Positions 20,918 to 34,792 of a stretch of DNA of 48,554 nt are shown here, piece by piece. The stretch is from Eledone cirrhosa. Lineage: Eukaryota. Position 1 is the first letter of the stretch, and every line of letters starts with the position of its first letter. The stretch covers positions 1-48,554 of the forward strand of contig CAXHJY010001627.1 of NCBI GenBank assembly GCA_964016885.1, given 5' to 3'. The position numbers were made by a program, and so were the translations under genes. A model generated the notes under the pieces. It was not told where the DNA came from and searched no databases. It saw only the letters and a program-made list of their open reading frames with translations.

Positions 20918-23162
20918 TTTATTAAATATATATATATAGTTTAATCTAGTGGGACTCGTTCTGTTTCTGTTAAAGTGTTCTCCACGTAGAATTACTGCCT
21001 GAAGTTCCAGAAAATGAGAAACTTTCAATTTACATACACCCACTTTAATCAAGTCACGTGCTGTAAACAAATTAAGAAAGTCCCATACTTATGCAGATTT
21101 GACCCTACGGAATATATTATTTACAAATAAATCACGAGCAAACAATTTTTCACAAAAATATTTCACTTTATTAATGAAATAAAGAAATTGAAAATGCAAA
21201 AATTTAGAAATAGAAACCAGGTATCTTCGTGACTTTATGGTGGTTGAAAAGGGAAAATAAATATGCGTCACAAAACGTTTAGCTGATTTTACAGCTGTAC
21301 TTGTTTTTCGCCTTTATAATTTTTGCTTCTTTTCGTCTCCTTTTTTTTTTATTTCCCTTTTACTTTCTCTGTCTTTCGATTTTGTTTCTTAATTATAATT
21401 GGTATTAGATACCTCTTCTAGTCTGTCACGGCTTACTAGCTCTATACTGACGTTTAAGTTGATTAATTAAATAAGTACAGGAGAACTGAAAGTAAATTAT
21501 ATATTTCATTAAGCCAGTCCTAATCATGTCGCATCCACAGCCCATTATTGAACAGTGGACGCAACTAGGTACACGTTTAATCTTCTGATTATTGAGCTTC
21601 TTAGTAAGATTAGAATACGAAATACATACGGCATGAAGATGTGGACTACTCTCTTAATCTCTTATATCAAAATTACCAGTGTTCATCATATGCAGGCTGT
21701 AAAAGGGTGGTTGGTGCTGACTATGACGCTTTATTCCTATTGTATATACACTTGTGATAAATATATTCAACAATTGTCAACATATGTTAACGGATCTTAT
21801 TTCATTCACAAGTCAATGTTATTACATTTTAACTTAAATTTATATAGTGTTTTATGAAATATCGTTTCGTCTTAACTGTTTAATGCCGTAATTTCCGTTT
21901 TTTAAAATTATATTTTACTTTCATTTTTTTACCACCATAAAATACGATTTAACCGACACCTTTAATTTTTACTATCACTGTTTACCAATACTGGACACAT
22001 ATGCTTCAATTTTTATGCATTTAATAGATTTCGTGACAATACTTCTGCTATGATTGTTTTGCCAGGATTCGGAGAGCTACCATGGATTAATTGGTGCAAC
22101 TTCAAGAGTGAATTCACCACAGCGGAATTTGGTGAAATCAACGTTGCACTGTGCACTCGTTTATACTTCCATGGTCACAAACTTCATTGAGGTTTCTCGA
22201 GTTTAAACTCATAGAGATAAATTAGGGCGAAAATCCAAATGTAAATCTGATGTAACATATCTTCAAAGATCTAAAAATTGACAAAGCTGCAATTTATATT
22301 AAAAATGAATTACATAGAATGAAAGAGCATAGAATAAGCTTTACAAGTGATACAGAATTTTACACGCTTTGCGTGAATTTTTTTTAATAGCTGAAACAAA
22401 TAAAAACATAAACCCTGCATCAATAAACTACAAGTATATATTCACATTCTGTATTCATTTTTACAGTGTGCGGGGTTTTTTTAACCGTAGACCCATTGGA
22501 TTTTTAGTACTTTATTTATGAATGAAGCATCCCCTCCGTTTTCCGGGAAAATAAGTCCTTTGAAGCATGTTCAGATATAATATTAATTAGTAGCACACTA
22601 AAAAAACCGAGGGATAATGAAATGGTGGGGGTGAAAAGTCCTAGGTTCCTCTCTCTTCCTGTTTCCTTAGGATCATTTAGGAGATAAGTTTAATTAATAG
22701 CACACGGAAATAACGAAAAAAATTATTTCCCACAGAAATCGGTGGGGGTGATTTACCAAAAAATGTTAAATGTTTTTAATAGCAACTGAAAGCTTGTTAT
22801 ATTACTAAATCTCTCCAAATTCTTGATTATTTTGAAAGTGAATTGAAAATTATGGGCAGTGATTTTGATTAGAAATATAATAACTAAAGGGTTAAAACTT
22901 TATATTTAGATATTTCATATTTATCTAAAATTCTTCCATAATTTTGTATAAGAATTTTTTTGTTAATGTTCCAAAAAAAAAAAAAAAAAACATCAGCTTA
23001 ATAATGAGAAAGTTAATTGTATTACTAAATCTCTTCAAATTCTTGATTATTTTGAAATTGTTTTTGATTATAAAAACGGAAATGAAGGGTTTCATATTTA
23101 TCTAGAAAGCTTCCATCATAATTTTATGTAAGAAATTGTTAATATTCCAAATATCAGCTTAA

Positions 23163-23347
23163 TAATTGTTTCTACTTTTTGGCACAAGGCCAGCAATTTA
23201 TCAGTACATTACTGGTACTTTATTTTATCGACCCCGTAAGGATGAAAGGCAAAGTGAACCTCGGCGGGATTCAGCTTAATAATTGTTTCTACTTTTGGCA
23301 CAAGGCCAGATATCACCCAGTGCATTACGGGTACTTTATTTTATCGA
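23163..23347 (-). mobile_element. SINE fragment with a local partial duplication
   Basis: Reverse complement of the same SINE core and tail, present twice. Confidence 0.8.
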
Positions 23348-24447
23348 TTCAGCTTAATAATGATAAATTTTGGGTTCTTTTCAAAATGTCTTTTGATTAG
23401 AAATATAATAACGAAAGGGCTAAGTCGGTCAAGAGTGAAATTGTGAATGAACTTGGTTAATTAGCGGACTGGTCGGTTATCTGGCTGGTTGGTGCCACGT
23501 TATAACATGTCTGTTGTTTGTTGTCTTGTATCTTGAGTCCACATACTACCTCCTCCTCTCTTGTGCTGTCGTTTTCTGTGTCATAAGGTCAACAAAGACA
23601 AATTGGTTGGTCGAATACGATATTCAATCGGCTTCTTAATGATTCTTAGCATGTCTTTTGGAACACCATTTTAACTCTAAATTAATTTTGAATGTTTTAA
23701 TTATTCTTTTGATATTTCCATTCGTCAGACCTCCTCTAAATTCCCCGGCCATACAGCTTTTCTCTTTATTTTACGCCTATTATACTTTCTCCATCTTCCT
23801 TTCACTTTTTGCTTCCACTCGTACAAACCTCACACATTCCACCTTCCCCGTCTCTCTGTTTCTTTTTTCTTTCTTTCTCCCCACTCACACTATTACGCTT
23901 TTTGTTCCTTTTTCACTCTCACAATCACTCTCTCTTTCCTACGCTTTCCTTTCCTTTCTCATCTATCTTCAACCACATCATTCTGACCTCCTCCCGTTAC
24001 TCTCGATGCTTGTTTATTTGAAAGTTAACACTTTTAACTGCTGGCGAGAAAACTGGCCGTATTTCTCCGAAACATGGAGACTCTCTCCTACACACAAACA
24101 TAAACACCGAATCTCACACACACATCTACGTTTACAACGCGTGAGATATGTCAGTGGTGAAAATTATAATTCTTTTCTTCCTCCTTTTCATGGTCTAAAT
24201 GTTGTCTGTCACATCTCCTTGTTTCTTTGTTCTACCATATTCAAGTGGGGAGGAAGAGGTTGGGAGCATAAGCTTGGAATGGTCTCTCTTTCGAATTATT
24301 TTACTATTTCCCTATCTCTTTCTACTTATTTAAACCTCTCTTTCTCAATATCGCTTTTCCCCCTCACACCGTCTCTCTCTCTCTCTCTCTCTCTCATCGC
24401 CATTCTACCTACCGGATGTCTCTGACGACGCAATAGCTAAAACTGAA

Positions 24448-24461
24448 GTTGTCATGGAAAC
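24448..24461. promoter_or_regulatory. Candidate RFX X-box in a CpG-enriched island
   Basis: GTTGTCATGGAAAC fits the X-box palindrome. ETS-like CCGGATGT (24411) and octamer ATTTGCAT (24485) lie nearby. Confidence 0.4.
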
Positions 24462-24558
24462 TATCGTTAGTGTTCAGAGAGGAGATTTGCATATCTTCTT
24501 GCTATTGATGTTGTTAAGGAGTGGATTGGACGACTCGTTACGGTAGCGTACAACAGAT

Positions 24559-24679
<121 letters not shown>

Positions 24680-25469
24680 GTAGACACTACATCATATAGG
24701 CATGCCTTGCATTACGTCCCTTTACATTCTGAGTTCGACTTTCTATTTTTTAGGGATCAATCATATAAGTATCTGTTAATACGACCAACCGTAGATAATA
24801 TCTCAACATGCGTGCGCATCAAATATCTTTTTCGAGTCTCTGCAAGAATTCAACTTATTAGTAAAAGAATTTTAAAATTATTATAATACATTTAAACTGT
24901 TCACTTTCATTTTATTATCGTTAAAATAGTTGGCAGTGGATTTCTGGCAGAAGTCGCCATATTTACATCGCTTTTAATGGTGGTAGTCATCTAAATTCAT
25001 TTAAACTCCACTCCTTAAATGTCTGAATACCGTAAAGCATTCTATCTAGTGTTCTAATGACTAACTATTCACCAACATAACAGCACTATATAACAAAAAC
25101 AATTTACATTGTTTATCATTTAATTTGCAGTGTCATTGCACTCTTTGCGACTTGGTCTTGATTTTACAGCAATGTTTTATAAAGTGAAGTCACCTTCTTG
25201 AGGCAACATTTTGTAATGTGGTTCAAGCTTTTGAAATATCAGAGTTATGCTTGTTAGGCAAGTGATTTGATATGAGACCATGTGTTGAAATTAAGGCAAT
25301 TACATCATAAAAGAGTCATTTTAGCCATTGAAAAAACAACAAAAAAGAATACAGTCGAATTGAGTCAGCACCAGGTTGCATATAATGTAATATAGATTTT
25401 AATACTATTGGGTTCAATCAGGGGTAACCACAGTAAGTAAGGTACTCAATACATTAGTAAAGTGTATAC

Positions 25470-25603
25470 AACAAAATTTATATAGAAATGGCTTCTAGAG
25501 GACTGGAACTGTTTCATTTGAAAGAAATCATCAGGAAATTCTGTAGATTTCCTTCGAATGAAACAGTTCTAGTCGTATAGAAGCCATTTCTATATAAATT
25601 TTG

Positions 25604-25605
<2 letters not shown>
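25470..25605. repeat. Fold-back element with a hammerhead-like core on the minus strand
   Basis: Imperfect ~60-bp arms at 25470-25529 and 25546-25605. The minus strand reads CTGATGA-TTTCTTTCAAAT-GAAAC-AGTTCCA-GTC. Abuts (TA)n. Confidence 0.7.
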
Positions 25606-25648
<43 letters not shown>

Positions 25649-25959
25649 TTTTTGTGTGCTTTTAAGTGCCTCTTAGGCAAGTACAACTGTGGTCAAAATA
25701 ACTCTTCCCTGGTTAAATTACTTCATTTTTTTCAATACATAATCTCAGACCAAGTCAATTGCCAAGCACATACAACACTGAAACAGAGGCGGTTATTTTT
25801 TTTTATTTTTTGGTGGTGGTGGTGGTGGTAGGGGTCCAGATTCATTTATTAAGGTGTCGTGGAGAGGAAATTGATGATTTGCAGTAAGGCATGAGACTTA
25901 CAGTAATGGTAAGTTGTGGGTGTTGAAAGAGTTTGTGACTTTATCAACCCACTACTCGT

Positions 25960-26230
25960 GTTGTCTTGTGGTGTGGAGATGTTAATGATCTATAACAATG
26001 CACGAGGCCTGGAGTAATAACATACCATTGGTGTGGAGTGTCTGTCGCTGTCAGCCCTCAGCCAGTATGGTCTTTCCCTGGCACTACACCCTGAGCACTT
26101 GGTATTATAGGCCACAAGGCCAGCTTGCTAATTGGTATTCTTATCAGATGACCAAACCATTTGATATGATGTTGAGTTATAGAGTAATTGATAGGTATGG
26201 CACCAACTATTTGCCTAATGTCTGCTTTTC
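25960..26230 (-). mobile_element. Ancient RTE-type 3' ORF remnant
   Basis: The minus strand gives IKWFGHLIRI...ARERP. Confidence 0.55.
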
Positions 26231-27304
26231 TATATTATCTAATGTCTAATTCCTTTATTTAAGATTGGAAGATGTGATTTATGGGATATCTGGCTGCTAT
26301 TTCCAGCTATTCCTGTGACTAGATAATGGCTAAGTTTATTGTTTCCTTGATTAGTCTCAGTTCATCCTTGATTCAGCAACACTGATAGAAAGCATTTGGG
26401 TAATGACTATTCCATAATTATTTTTAAATAGGCACAGTGCACCTTAGACTACATTATCCAATGTGTTCTTTCCTAAGGTGAGTGTGATTTGAGAGGGATA
26501 TCTGGCTGATGTTTTTAGCAGGCTAAGGCTCTCATTGTCTTGATAAATATAGACGTCAAAGTGAAATAAAATATTGGTGAAGGCTTAGTGTTGTTGGTGT
26601 TGGACTCATAGGCATATGGTTGTGTGGGTGTTCATGATAGGATTGGGGTCCCATATCTTTAACACATATGTAAGAAACCTCCTTGTGAAGGCCAGCTAAT
26701 CGTGTTAGGGTGAGATCTGTAAAAAAATTCAACTCTGCTGTAGAAGTTCCTATTTTTTTTTTCACAAAGCTTAACATTAATCAAGTACTTCTTCCCACCA
26801 GTTTATGTGTGCTTCTTGCCCCCAGTTTAGGTGTGCTTGCAAGGGTTGTATTCAATTCCCCAGTTAGATAGAGCTACTGACACATTCTACTCAATAAGTG
26901 CCGAAGTCCTATGAGGCAGACAGTTGAACATGTATATTGACAGTCAAGTTTGATCTTGAGTTAATATTTGGTCCTCACAATTATATGGTGTCAGCTGTTG
27001 GAATTATGACAAGCTGAAAATATGTCAAGTGTCTCTGATTGCCAGTACATGAGCATCCTATTTTCCAATGCTGTGGCTTTACTGGTTGGAGTTGGTTCAG
27101 CCTATCCTGGGTGAATGTTGACACAAGTACAAAGGCTGTAGAGACTCTCTCTCTACCTTATAATAAATGTTATAAAATAAACTTTGCTAATGTCTATTGG
27201 ACAGCCATGAATATTACAACTTTTATGCCTAATGAAAAGGTCACCAAGTTTTAACAAATATATGTTATGAAGACAATATAGGGTAGAACATATCATAGCT
27301 TTCC

Positions 27305-27597
27305 TGTTGCTGGTATCATAACATGTACCCAGTACATTCTATAAAGTAGTAAAGCTGGTGCAATGAAAAAATGCATGCAATGCACTGTATAAAATGGTAG
27401 TGCTAATGACATGATAAAATGCACCTGGAACACCCTGTAAAGAGGTTGGCATTAGGAAGAGCACTAGCTATAGAAATCTTGCCAAATATGGAATGTATAA
27501 GCAAGAAGTGATTCTCCGGCAAGTCTAGTCTTGGGCCATAACAACCCATCCAACTCTTGCCAGCATGAAATGTGCATGTAGAAGGATGATGTTATGA
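27305..27597 (+). mobile_element. Degraded SINE/RTE-tail-related repeat
   Basis: GGTTGGCATTAGGAAGAGCA and ...GCCAGCATG...GATGATG resemble 39005-39166; three ~45-bp sub-repeats. Confidence 0.6.
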
Positions 27598-28546
27598 AAG
27601 AATCCCTGCCAGATGCCTCAGTCCCCTCCCCACCATACCATGATGTGGCATAGTTTATTGAAAACACTCCCTTCTTGTTTTGTTTAGCTATTGATCATTA
27701 CATATTTTTTTACAGTTCAATGAATGTCACAAGTTTAGTGAATAAATCATAATTTACAAGGATAATTATATATCTGACATTTTCTGAGTTTGTGCATTCC
27801 CTCCTATGATATATATATATATATATATATCATCATCATCATCATCATACACACACACAGGCACACATACATGTATGTGTATCTATATGGATATTGTGTG
27901 TGAGTATAAATATATGCATACAAACTATATATATAAGCCAGAATCAGTTCCTGTATGAGCAATACAAGGTCAACTGACCGGACACTGCCCACAACAGGAC
28001 AACCCATCTAGCGGGGAAGAATAGACGTAAAACGGTGATGATGATATATATATAATTTCTTATTTTCCCATACCAATTTTCCATATTTGTATCCATCTTT
28101 ATATTCTCCACATTCACTACTCTCTCTTTCTTTCCTTCCTCCCCCCCTCCGATTTTTTCCTTCTCACTTTGCTTTACTCCTTCTCTTTACCTCTTTTATA
28201 ACTTCATCTTTCTCACACATATCAATTAATATGGAACCCCCTATGTCAGTTACTAAAGGTCAGATTCTTAGCAATCTGCTCACATACCTTAAAATGTGCC
28301 CTTTGTCTTGTATGTATATGTATGTGTGTATGTATGTAAAACTATCGAAGCATTGGGTAGTTTTGAAAATCATAGGAAGTGTAGGAATCCCAAATGCAGA
28401 AAATAACAGTAACCACAGCCAATTGTTATAAATAGTAGCTTAGAAATTGAGGGATATAGTGTTTTATTCTTCATAGCAGCTGCTGTTACTTTTTTTTCCA
28501 TCTCTCGGATTATTTTCTATTAATATATATATGTATGTGTATATAT

Positions 28547-31380
28547 ATCATCATCATCATCATTTTACGTCCGCTTTTCCCTGCTTGCAAGGGTGGGAGG
28601 GGTCTTATTCAGCACAGCATCTCTCCACTTGTCACGGTCCTTTGTCATCCCCACCGTGAGCTTCAGCGATCTGAGGTCTGTTCTCACCACCTCCGCCCAT
28701 GTTTTTCGTCCTTATTCTAGATACTATGGCCTCGGAACACCCTCCTCCCATGCTAATCTGATATCCTAGGTACCGGAAGCTATACACCACTTCTATAGCA
28801 CCCACCTGCATTTGAAAAATGTGTCTATCAATGCGACTCCTGTCTAATTTCCCTGTACATCTACTGCATACGTATTTCTCCCTACCTGTTAGTTTGCCTG
28901 CTTTCCCACTACATCTCTTGTGTACCCAGGATCTGCATTGTGTGCATTTTATAGATTTATGCCAGTTCTTTTTCTGCATATCGAACATGGCTATTTCCCT
29001 GACGGAATCAGTTTTGTCCTCTTTTCTACTCATCAACACTTTTGTCTTAGCTAGGTTCACTCTCAGTCCTCTTGCTTCCAACTGCTGTTTCCATAGCCAG
29101 AATTTATTCTCTAGCTCCTCTACTGATTCTGCTATAAGAACCAGATTGTCAGCATAGAGAAGTTCCCATGGACAGCCAGTTTTAAACACCTCTGTTATAT
29201 CTTGGAGGACTATAATGGACAAGAGCAGGCTGAGGACCGAACCTTGATGTACTCCTACTTGTATCTGGAATTCCTCACGAAACTCCATTCCTACCCTGAC
29301 TTTACTGACAGCACCTCTGTACAAAGTTTACACTATCCTCACAGGCCATTCCTCAACACCTAGTTTCCTTAGGGACCACCAGATGACAGATCGGGGTACC
29401 CTATCAAAGGCCTTCTCTAGGTCAACAAAGGCTAAGTATAGTGGCTTATTCTTCTCTACGAACCTCTCTTGTAATTGCCTCACCAAGAAGAGGGCATCTG
29501 TTGTACTTTTCCCAGGCACAAAACCAAACTGCATCTCATCTAGTTTGACCCTTTCTCTAATTAGTTGTGCTAATATCCCTTCAGCCACTTTCATAACCTG
29601 ATCCATCAGTTTTATACCCCTATAATTGCTCCTCTCCAGAGCATTCCCTTTACCTTTGTAGCAATTTATGAGAATACTGTTGCACCAGTCTTTGGGTATG
29701 ACACCACCATATATAGCCTGATTGATGATGCGTGCAACCAGTTTAGTGCCTACGTCCCCTGATGCCTTCAGCATCTCAGCAATTATCCCCGACGGTCCAG
29801 CAGCCTTACCATTTTTCATTTCCTTAATCACCTCTTGGAACCTATGTTCGTCCATCTCAATAGCTGGTCCCTCTGTCGGATCTACTGAGGGTAATTTCTC
29901 TCTCATTCGTTCTCCACATTCATCAGTCTCTCATAATGACATTTCCAGGCCTCCTTTTTTTGATCATTTGTGACACTAAATACACTGGCATCATTCTGGA
30001 CACATTTATCTCCAACAGCATCCTGATTTGCATTGACACACTGCCTTGCAATGTGGAACACCGCACGCCTCTGATCTTCCTGTCGCAGAACATTGGCAAA
30101 CCTCCTACTCTCAGCCTCTCTGCGTGCTAAGTACACCTGATGTCTAGCTTCTCTCTTAGCGGCTGTATATCCTTCTCTACTCCCACCCTTTTTCGAAGCC
30201 TTCCATGCTAGTCTTTTGTCTCTAATGGCCTTATCTGCTGTGCTGTTCCACCAGCAGGTCACTCTCTGGCTGGGTGGAGCTCTGCTCTAGCCACAAGTTT
30301 CATCAGTAGCCTGCAGTAAGTTGTCATGTAAGAAATTCCAGTTATTATCTATGTCATACATCTATAAATTGTCTTCTTTTTCATCATACACATCTGGAAG
30401 GACTTTCTTAAATTTGTATTTTAGTGAAAGGTCTTTTAGCTCCCAGACCTTTCTTCTCCACACCTTCCTGTATGTCTCATTCCATCTCTTGCTTACTGAG
30501 ATATCACTAATGACTAACCTATGCTGTGGGGTACATTCTTCCCCAGGGTATGCCTTGGTATTTGACACCATCTGCCTGTCCCACTGCCTAACTAGTAAGA
30601 AGTCAATCTGGCTTATGTGCTCGCCTGATTTGTAGTTATTAGGTAGTTGGCAGGTTTCTGGAAGTTAGTGTTGCAAATAGTCAGAGTACTTGCATTACAA
30701 AATTCAAGAAGTCTCACTCCTTCTTCATTTCTTGAGCCGTAACCGTGCCCACCATCTACGCCGGTGTAACCATCCTGGAGCTGTCCAACATGACCATTGA
30801 AGTCCCCTGCTAGCATAACGATGTCTCCGTCCTCTGTTGCAGTTGTTTGTAAAAGTTGCTGGTAAAAGCAGTCTTTCTCTTCTTTGCCTAGGCCTGCTTG
30901 GGGAGCATAAGCAGAGATGATTGTCAGTAGTCTCCTGCCTACAACTAATCTAAGCTTAATTATTCGATTATTAACTCAAACTACTTCTATTGTCTTATTG
31001 ATCCATCTCTCAGCCAGGAAAATGCCTACACCCCTTAACCCATCATCCTTACCTACTCAGACAAGCTTATAGCTAAGATGTTTGCCTGCGACTAGTCTCG
31101 CAGAGGCACCTCTCCATCTCACCTCTTGCACGCAGCACACATCCACATGCCTTCTCTCCGGCATCTCTGCTATTTCAGCAGATCTACCTGTGAGAGTGCC
31201 AACATTAAGTGTTGCAACTCTGAGATGCGACGTCTTCATATTTTTTGTTGTTCCTATATACTTGTTGCTGTGCTTATAATTGTTTTGGCATTGATACACT
31301 GGTTGGATGCCCTTCCTAACACCAGTGCCACTTTACAGCATTGACTGGGTGCTTTTTTTCGTGCCACCAGCACTAGAGAG
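28547..31380 (-). mobile_element. Near full-length, decayed RTE LINE (APE endonuclease plus RT) with an internal 3' deletion
   Basis: ATLNVGTL/CCVQEVRW, AGDFNGHVG, QHRLV, GPSGI, NYRGIKL, FVDLEKAFDRV, VHQGSVLS and LYADN, spread over frameshifted ORFs; (CAT)n tail. Confidence 0.95.
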
Positions 31381-31629
31381 GATGTCTTACTGGACTCATT
31401 GGCCCTCTCTACCCCTCCATTTTACAGTATGGTCATGAAAAATATATACTGCAACCCGTAGTTCAGAGTGCACACATTTTAGTTAATAGCAAGTACAGTG
31501 GCTGTGTTTTGTTAAATCACCATCATTGTTTAACATCTGTTTTCTTTTTTAACAAGGGCTGGGATGGGTTTTCATAGACCAAGTTAGTACAGAAGTGGGG
31601 CTTCTGACTGTTTTTCATGATCGGACTGT

Positions 31630-32145
31630 GAAGAAACCTCCTATGAGATGCAACTCATAGGAGGCCAGTTAAACCAGCAAAGGCTATAACATGATTAGAC
31701 TGGGGACACTATCATTAAAACCACCCAAGATATCTCCAATGAGATGCAACCTCATAGGAGACCAGCTAAACCCTATATAGATGTCAGCTTCAATAACAAT
31801 ATAAGATTAAGGCCTCAATCATTAAAACACCCCAACAACCTACAAGATACAACTTTATAGGAGGCCAGCTAAACCCTATATAGTTGTAAGCTGTATCAAC
31901 AATGGCATGATAAGACTGGGGGCCCTATCTTTGAAACACCCAAGAAACCTACAAGATACAACTTTATAGGAGACTAGCTAAACCCTACATAGATGTGAGC
32001 TATAACAACAACATTATAGGACTTTCCTAAGATTGGAGAAGTATGTGTGTGGTGGTGGGGGCTGGTCATTAAAATGCTCAAGAAACCTCCAATGAGATAT
32101 AACCTCGTAGAAGGCCAGCTAAACCCCACATAGTTGTGAGTCGTA
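31630..32145 (+). repeat. Degenerate tandem repeat, ~5 units of ~95-140 bp
   Basis: Recurrent ...AGATRCAACYTYATAGGAGGCCAGCTAAACCC; an inverted monomer lies at 19437-19535. Confidence 0.85.
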
Positions 32146-32687
32146 ATATTTTATTTCCAAGACTCCACTATCAATACATAATGATTTATCACATGTATTG
32201 TCGACTTGCATTGTATGTCCCGTTATCAGTCACCATCCGCAGGAGTTCGTACCTTGTGATGCTTGTGATTCTCTCCAATAACTAGCCTAGTGTGTGTGTG
32301 GAAAGTGTATATTGACAATGGAATCGTCAGATTATAGCAAGTGTACAAGTAAAGACACTAATTATCTATAGCAGTCATCACCTTTATGGTAAATGTAAAA
32401 TTACTTTGCTATATGCTGTATTTTATTAACCATTTCATTACCATATTTCTAATGATAGACACATTTTGAAAATAATTTGAATTTGAAGAATTTAAGTTAT
32501 TTGAAACATATCTTAACAAGGGTTCTTAAATAAAATTATAATGGAAGGTTTTTAGCTAAATATAAACACTTTAAAACAAACAGGACCTGGGGTGATTTCA
32601 GGTGGTTTGGTATCAAGGGGGTCATTATATTAAGTTTGCTTTTTGTGTTTTTTTTTCCTTTTGTCATTAGGTGTGTTTGTATTACTA

Positions 32688-32970
32688 TAGTGAAGTTGCA
32701 TGATGTAAAAGTTAGGGTGTTTGGCTCCTATTCATAAAGTTGTGAGTTCAAATCATAGCGGAACACTGTATCCTTGAGCAAGACACTTTATTTCATGTTG
32801 TTCCAGTCCACTCGGCTAGAAAAAATGAGTTGTGTCTGTATTTCAAAGGGTCAGCCTTGTCACACACTATGTCATGCTGAATCTTCCTGGGAACTATGTT
32901 AAGAGTACACGTGTCTATGGAAGGCTGTTCCATTGATCTGACAACTGGAACACTCACAACTGACAGAGGT
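32688..32970 (+). mobile_element. tRNA-derived SINE, second family
   Basis: B-box GAGTTCAAATC and core TCCTTGAGCAAGACACTT; tail shared with 44620-44790. Confidence 0.75.
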
Positions 32971-34792
32971 TGAACAACAGCAACAACATATTACTACATG
33001 TTTAGCCTCCATTATATCACAGCAGGGTGACATGAAGGAAGGCTGGAATAATAGTTTTTCTTTTTATGATATTGTAACAGTGTATAGGCAATTAGTTGGC
33101 TAGAAGTGGTGTGTTCTGTCAAGCTTGCAGAATTAAAGCTGTGTTGAGAGAGGCTTGACATTTTCAGAGATCCCAATTAACTGAAAATATATATGAAATT
33201 AAGTTGTAAGAGACACAAAATTAGGTGAAGACATGCTTGAAGAGCTTTCAATGGATGTTGGCTGAAGGACATGGTCAATGGTTTATACTGCATGGTTGTG
33301 TAATAACGTTTCTTTTTACAGTTAACTCTTTGATGAGAGGCATCTTTATACAGTTGATTTTCTTTACTTTTCCTGTATTTTTCCTTTAGTAGTTCACAAT
33401 CCCTATTTACATACATATGTTAAGAAAAAAAGATGGTTTTACATACAATATATTACATAATATTAACAGTCCCATATTATTTTATCATTATTAGTTTTGT
33501 TTACAACACAATTTATTACATAACATTAGCAACCTACTATTATATAACTGTTTAATATGCATACTGAATAGCATGTGCTACTTTCTGAAATGAAGAATGA
33601 TAAATTGAAATTTCTCTTGCATCCAATTTATTTTAATAATATCTGAATAATAAAAATAGATTTAATAAAATACAATAATAAAATAAAGAAAGGTTTGAGG
33701 CAATCTCTACACCCACAGGTGGGCAGCATATCTCAGCTATGCACTGCAGGTAAGATGGCAAAAGTGTTGCCATTTATAACAGTCAATGGTAACTTCTGCA
33801 TCAGCAATTTCACTTCATAGGGATCCTTCCTTAGGCACAATAACCTCATTTGTATTTGGCAGAGAAACATGGCTGTCTTAGGGAATAAGAACTTTGGAAC
33901 AAAATGGAATCTGTACATTAACCCTTTTGATACCAAACTGCCTGAAACTATTCCTGATTCTATAATCCAGAGCTGTTTGATTTAAAGTATATATATTTAT
34001 CTGCAACTCTTCCATCATAATTTTATGTCAGAACATTTAGTTACGTTTGGCTCAAACACCAACTTAATGTCCAGTAGCAAGATTTTCTGAAGAAGTACAA
34101 AGGAACACTTTGACTGCTTCACATTAAAGTCTTTACTTATTTACTGCTAATTTTCACAATTTCCACTAGTAAAGATAGTATAAACATTTGAATTAACAAA
34201 CTGGTATTTAGATATTTTCTGCTAAATTATTCCAGGGGGTTAAGAGTTAATAATGAGAAAGTTAAGTTATATTTCTAAATCCCTCTAGATTTCTTGACTA
34301 TTTGAACATTAAATGCATTATTTTTCACGAGAAGTATGGTAATGAAAGGAAGGGTTAATGTCTTAAATATTTGAAAACAATAATATAATTCATCATATTG
34401 CTTTTCACCAGAAGTCAGACCAGCTGTTATCAAGTCATGCATAATGAACTGAGAAACTGAAGACAATGCTAAGTGGAGATAACAGTTGACATTCTTGGTT
34501 TATTTAGAATTGGAGATCATTATATTCCATTACTGTCTAACGTGGGAATAACACCGTATTGCATAGACACATAATCTCACTAGCTTGCTGTTAATGTTAG
34601 GTTGTTCAAATAATGCTAATGATGGAAATTCATTCCATCAACATCACCAGTAGTTTTGCATGTTTTTGTTTTTTTTCCACTGCTGGCTTGAGTTGAATGT
34701 GATATTTTTGAGGCAGAGTTCTACTAACTGAAGCACAAACATGCTCACAAACACAAACGTATAACAGGCATATATGAAAGCATATACAATAT

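Noticed and set aside
22780-23165. ~220-bp local duplication and related TTAACCC-type fragments (also ~32425-32620, ~33918-34380, ~39538-39720)
   Set aside because: Probably decayed TTAA-MITE relatives, but boundaries cannot be supported.
23658-24425. 255-aa ORF
   Set aside because: Low-complexity pyrimidine-rich sequence with a non-ATG start and no domain motif.
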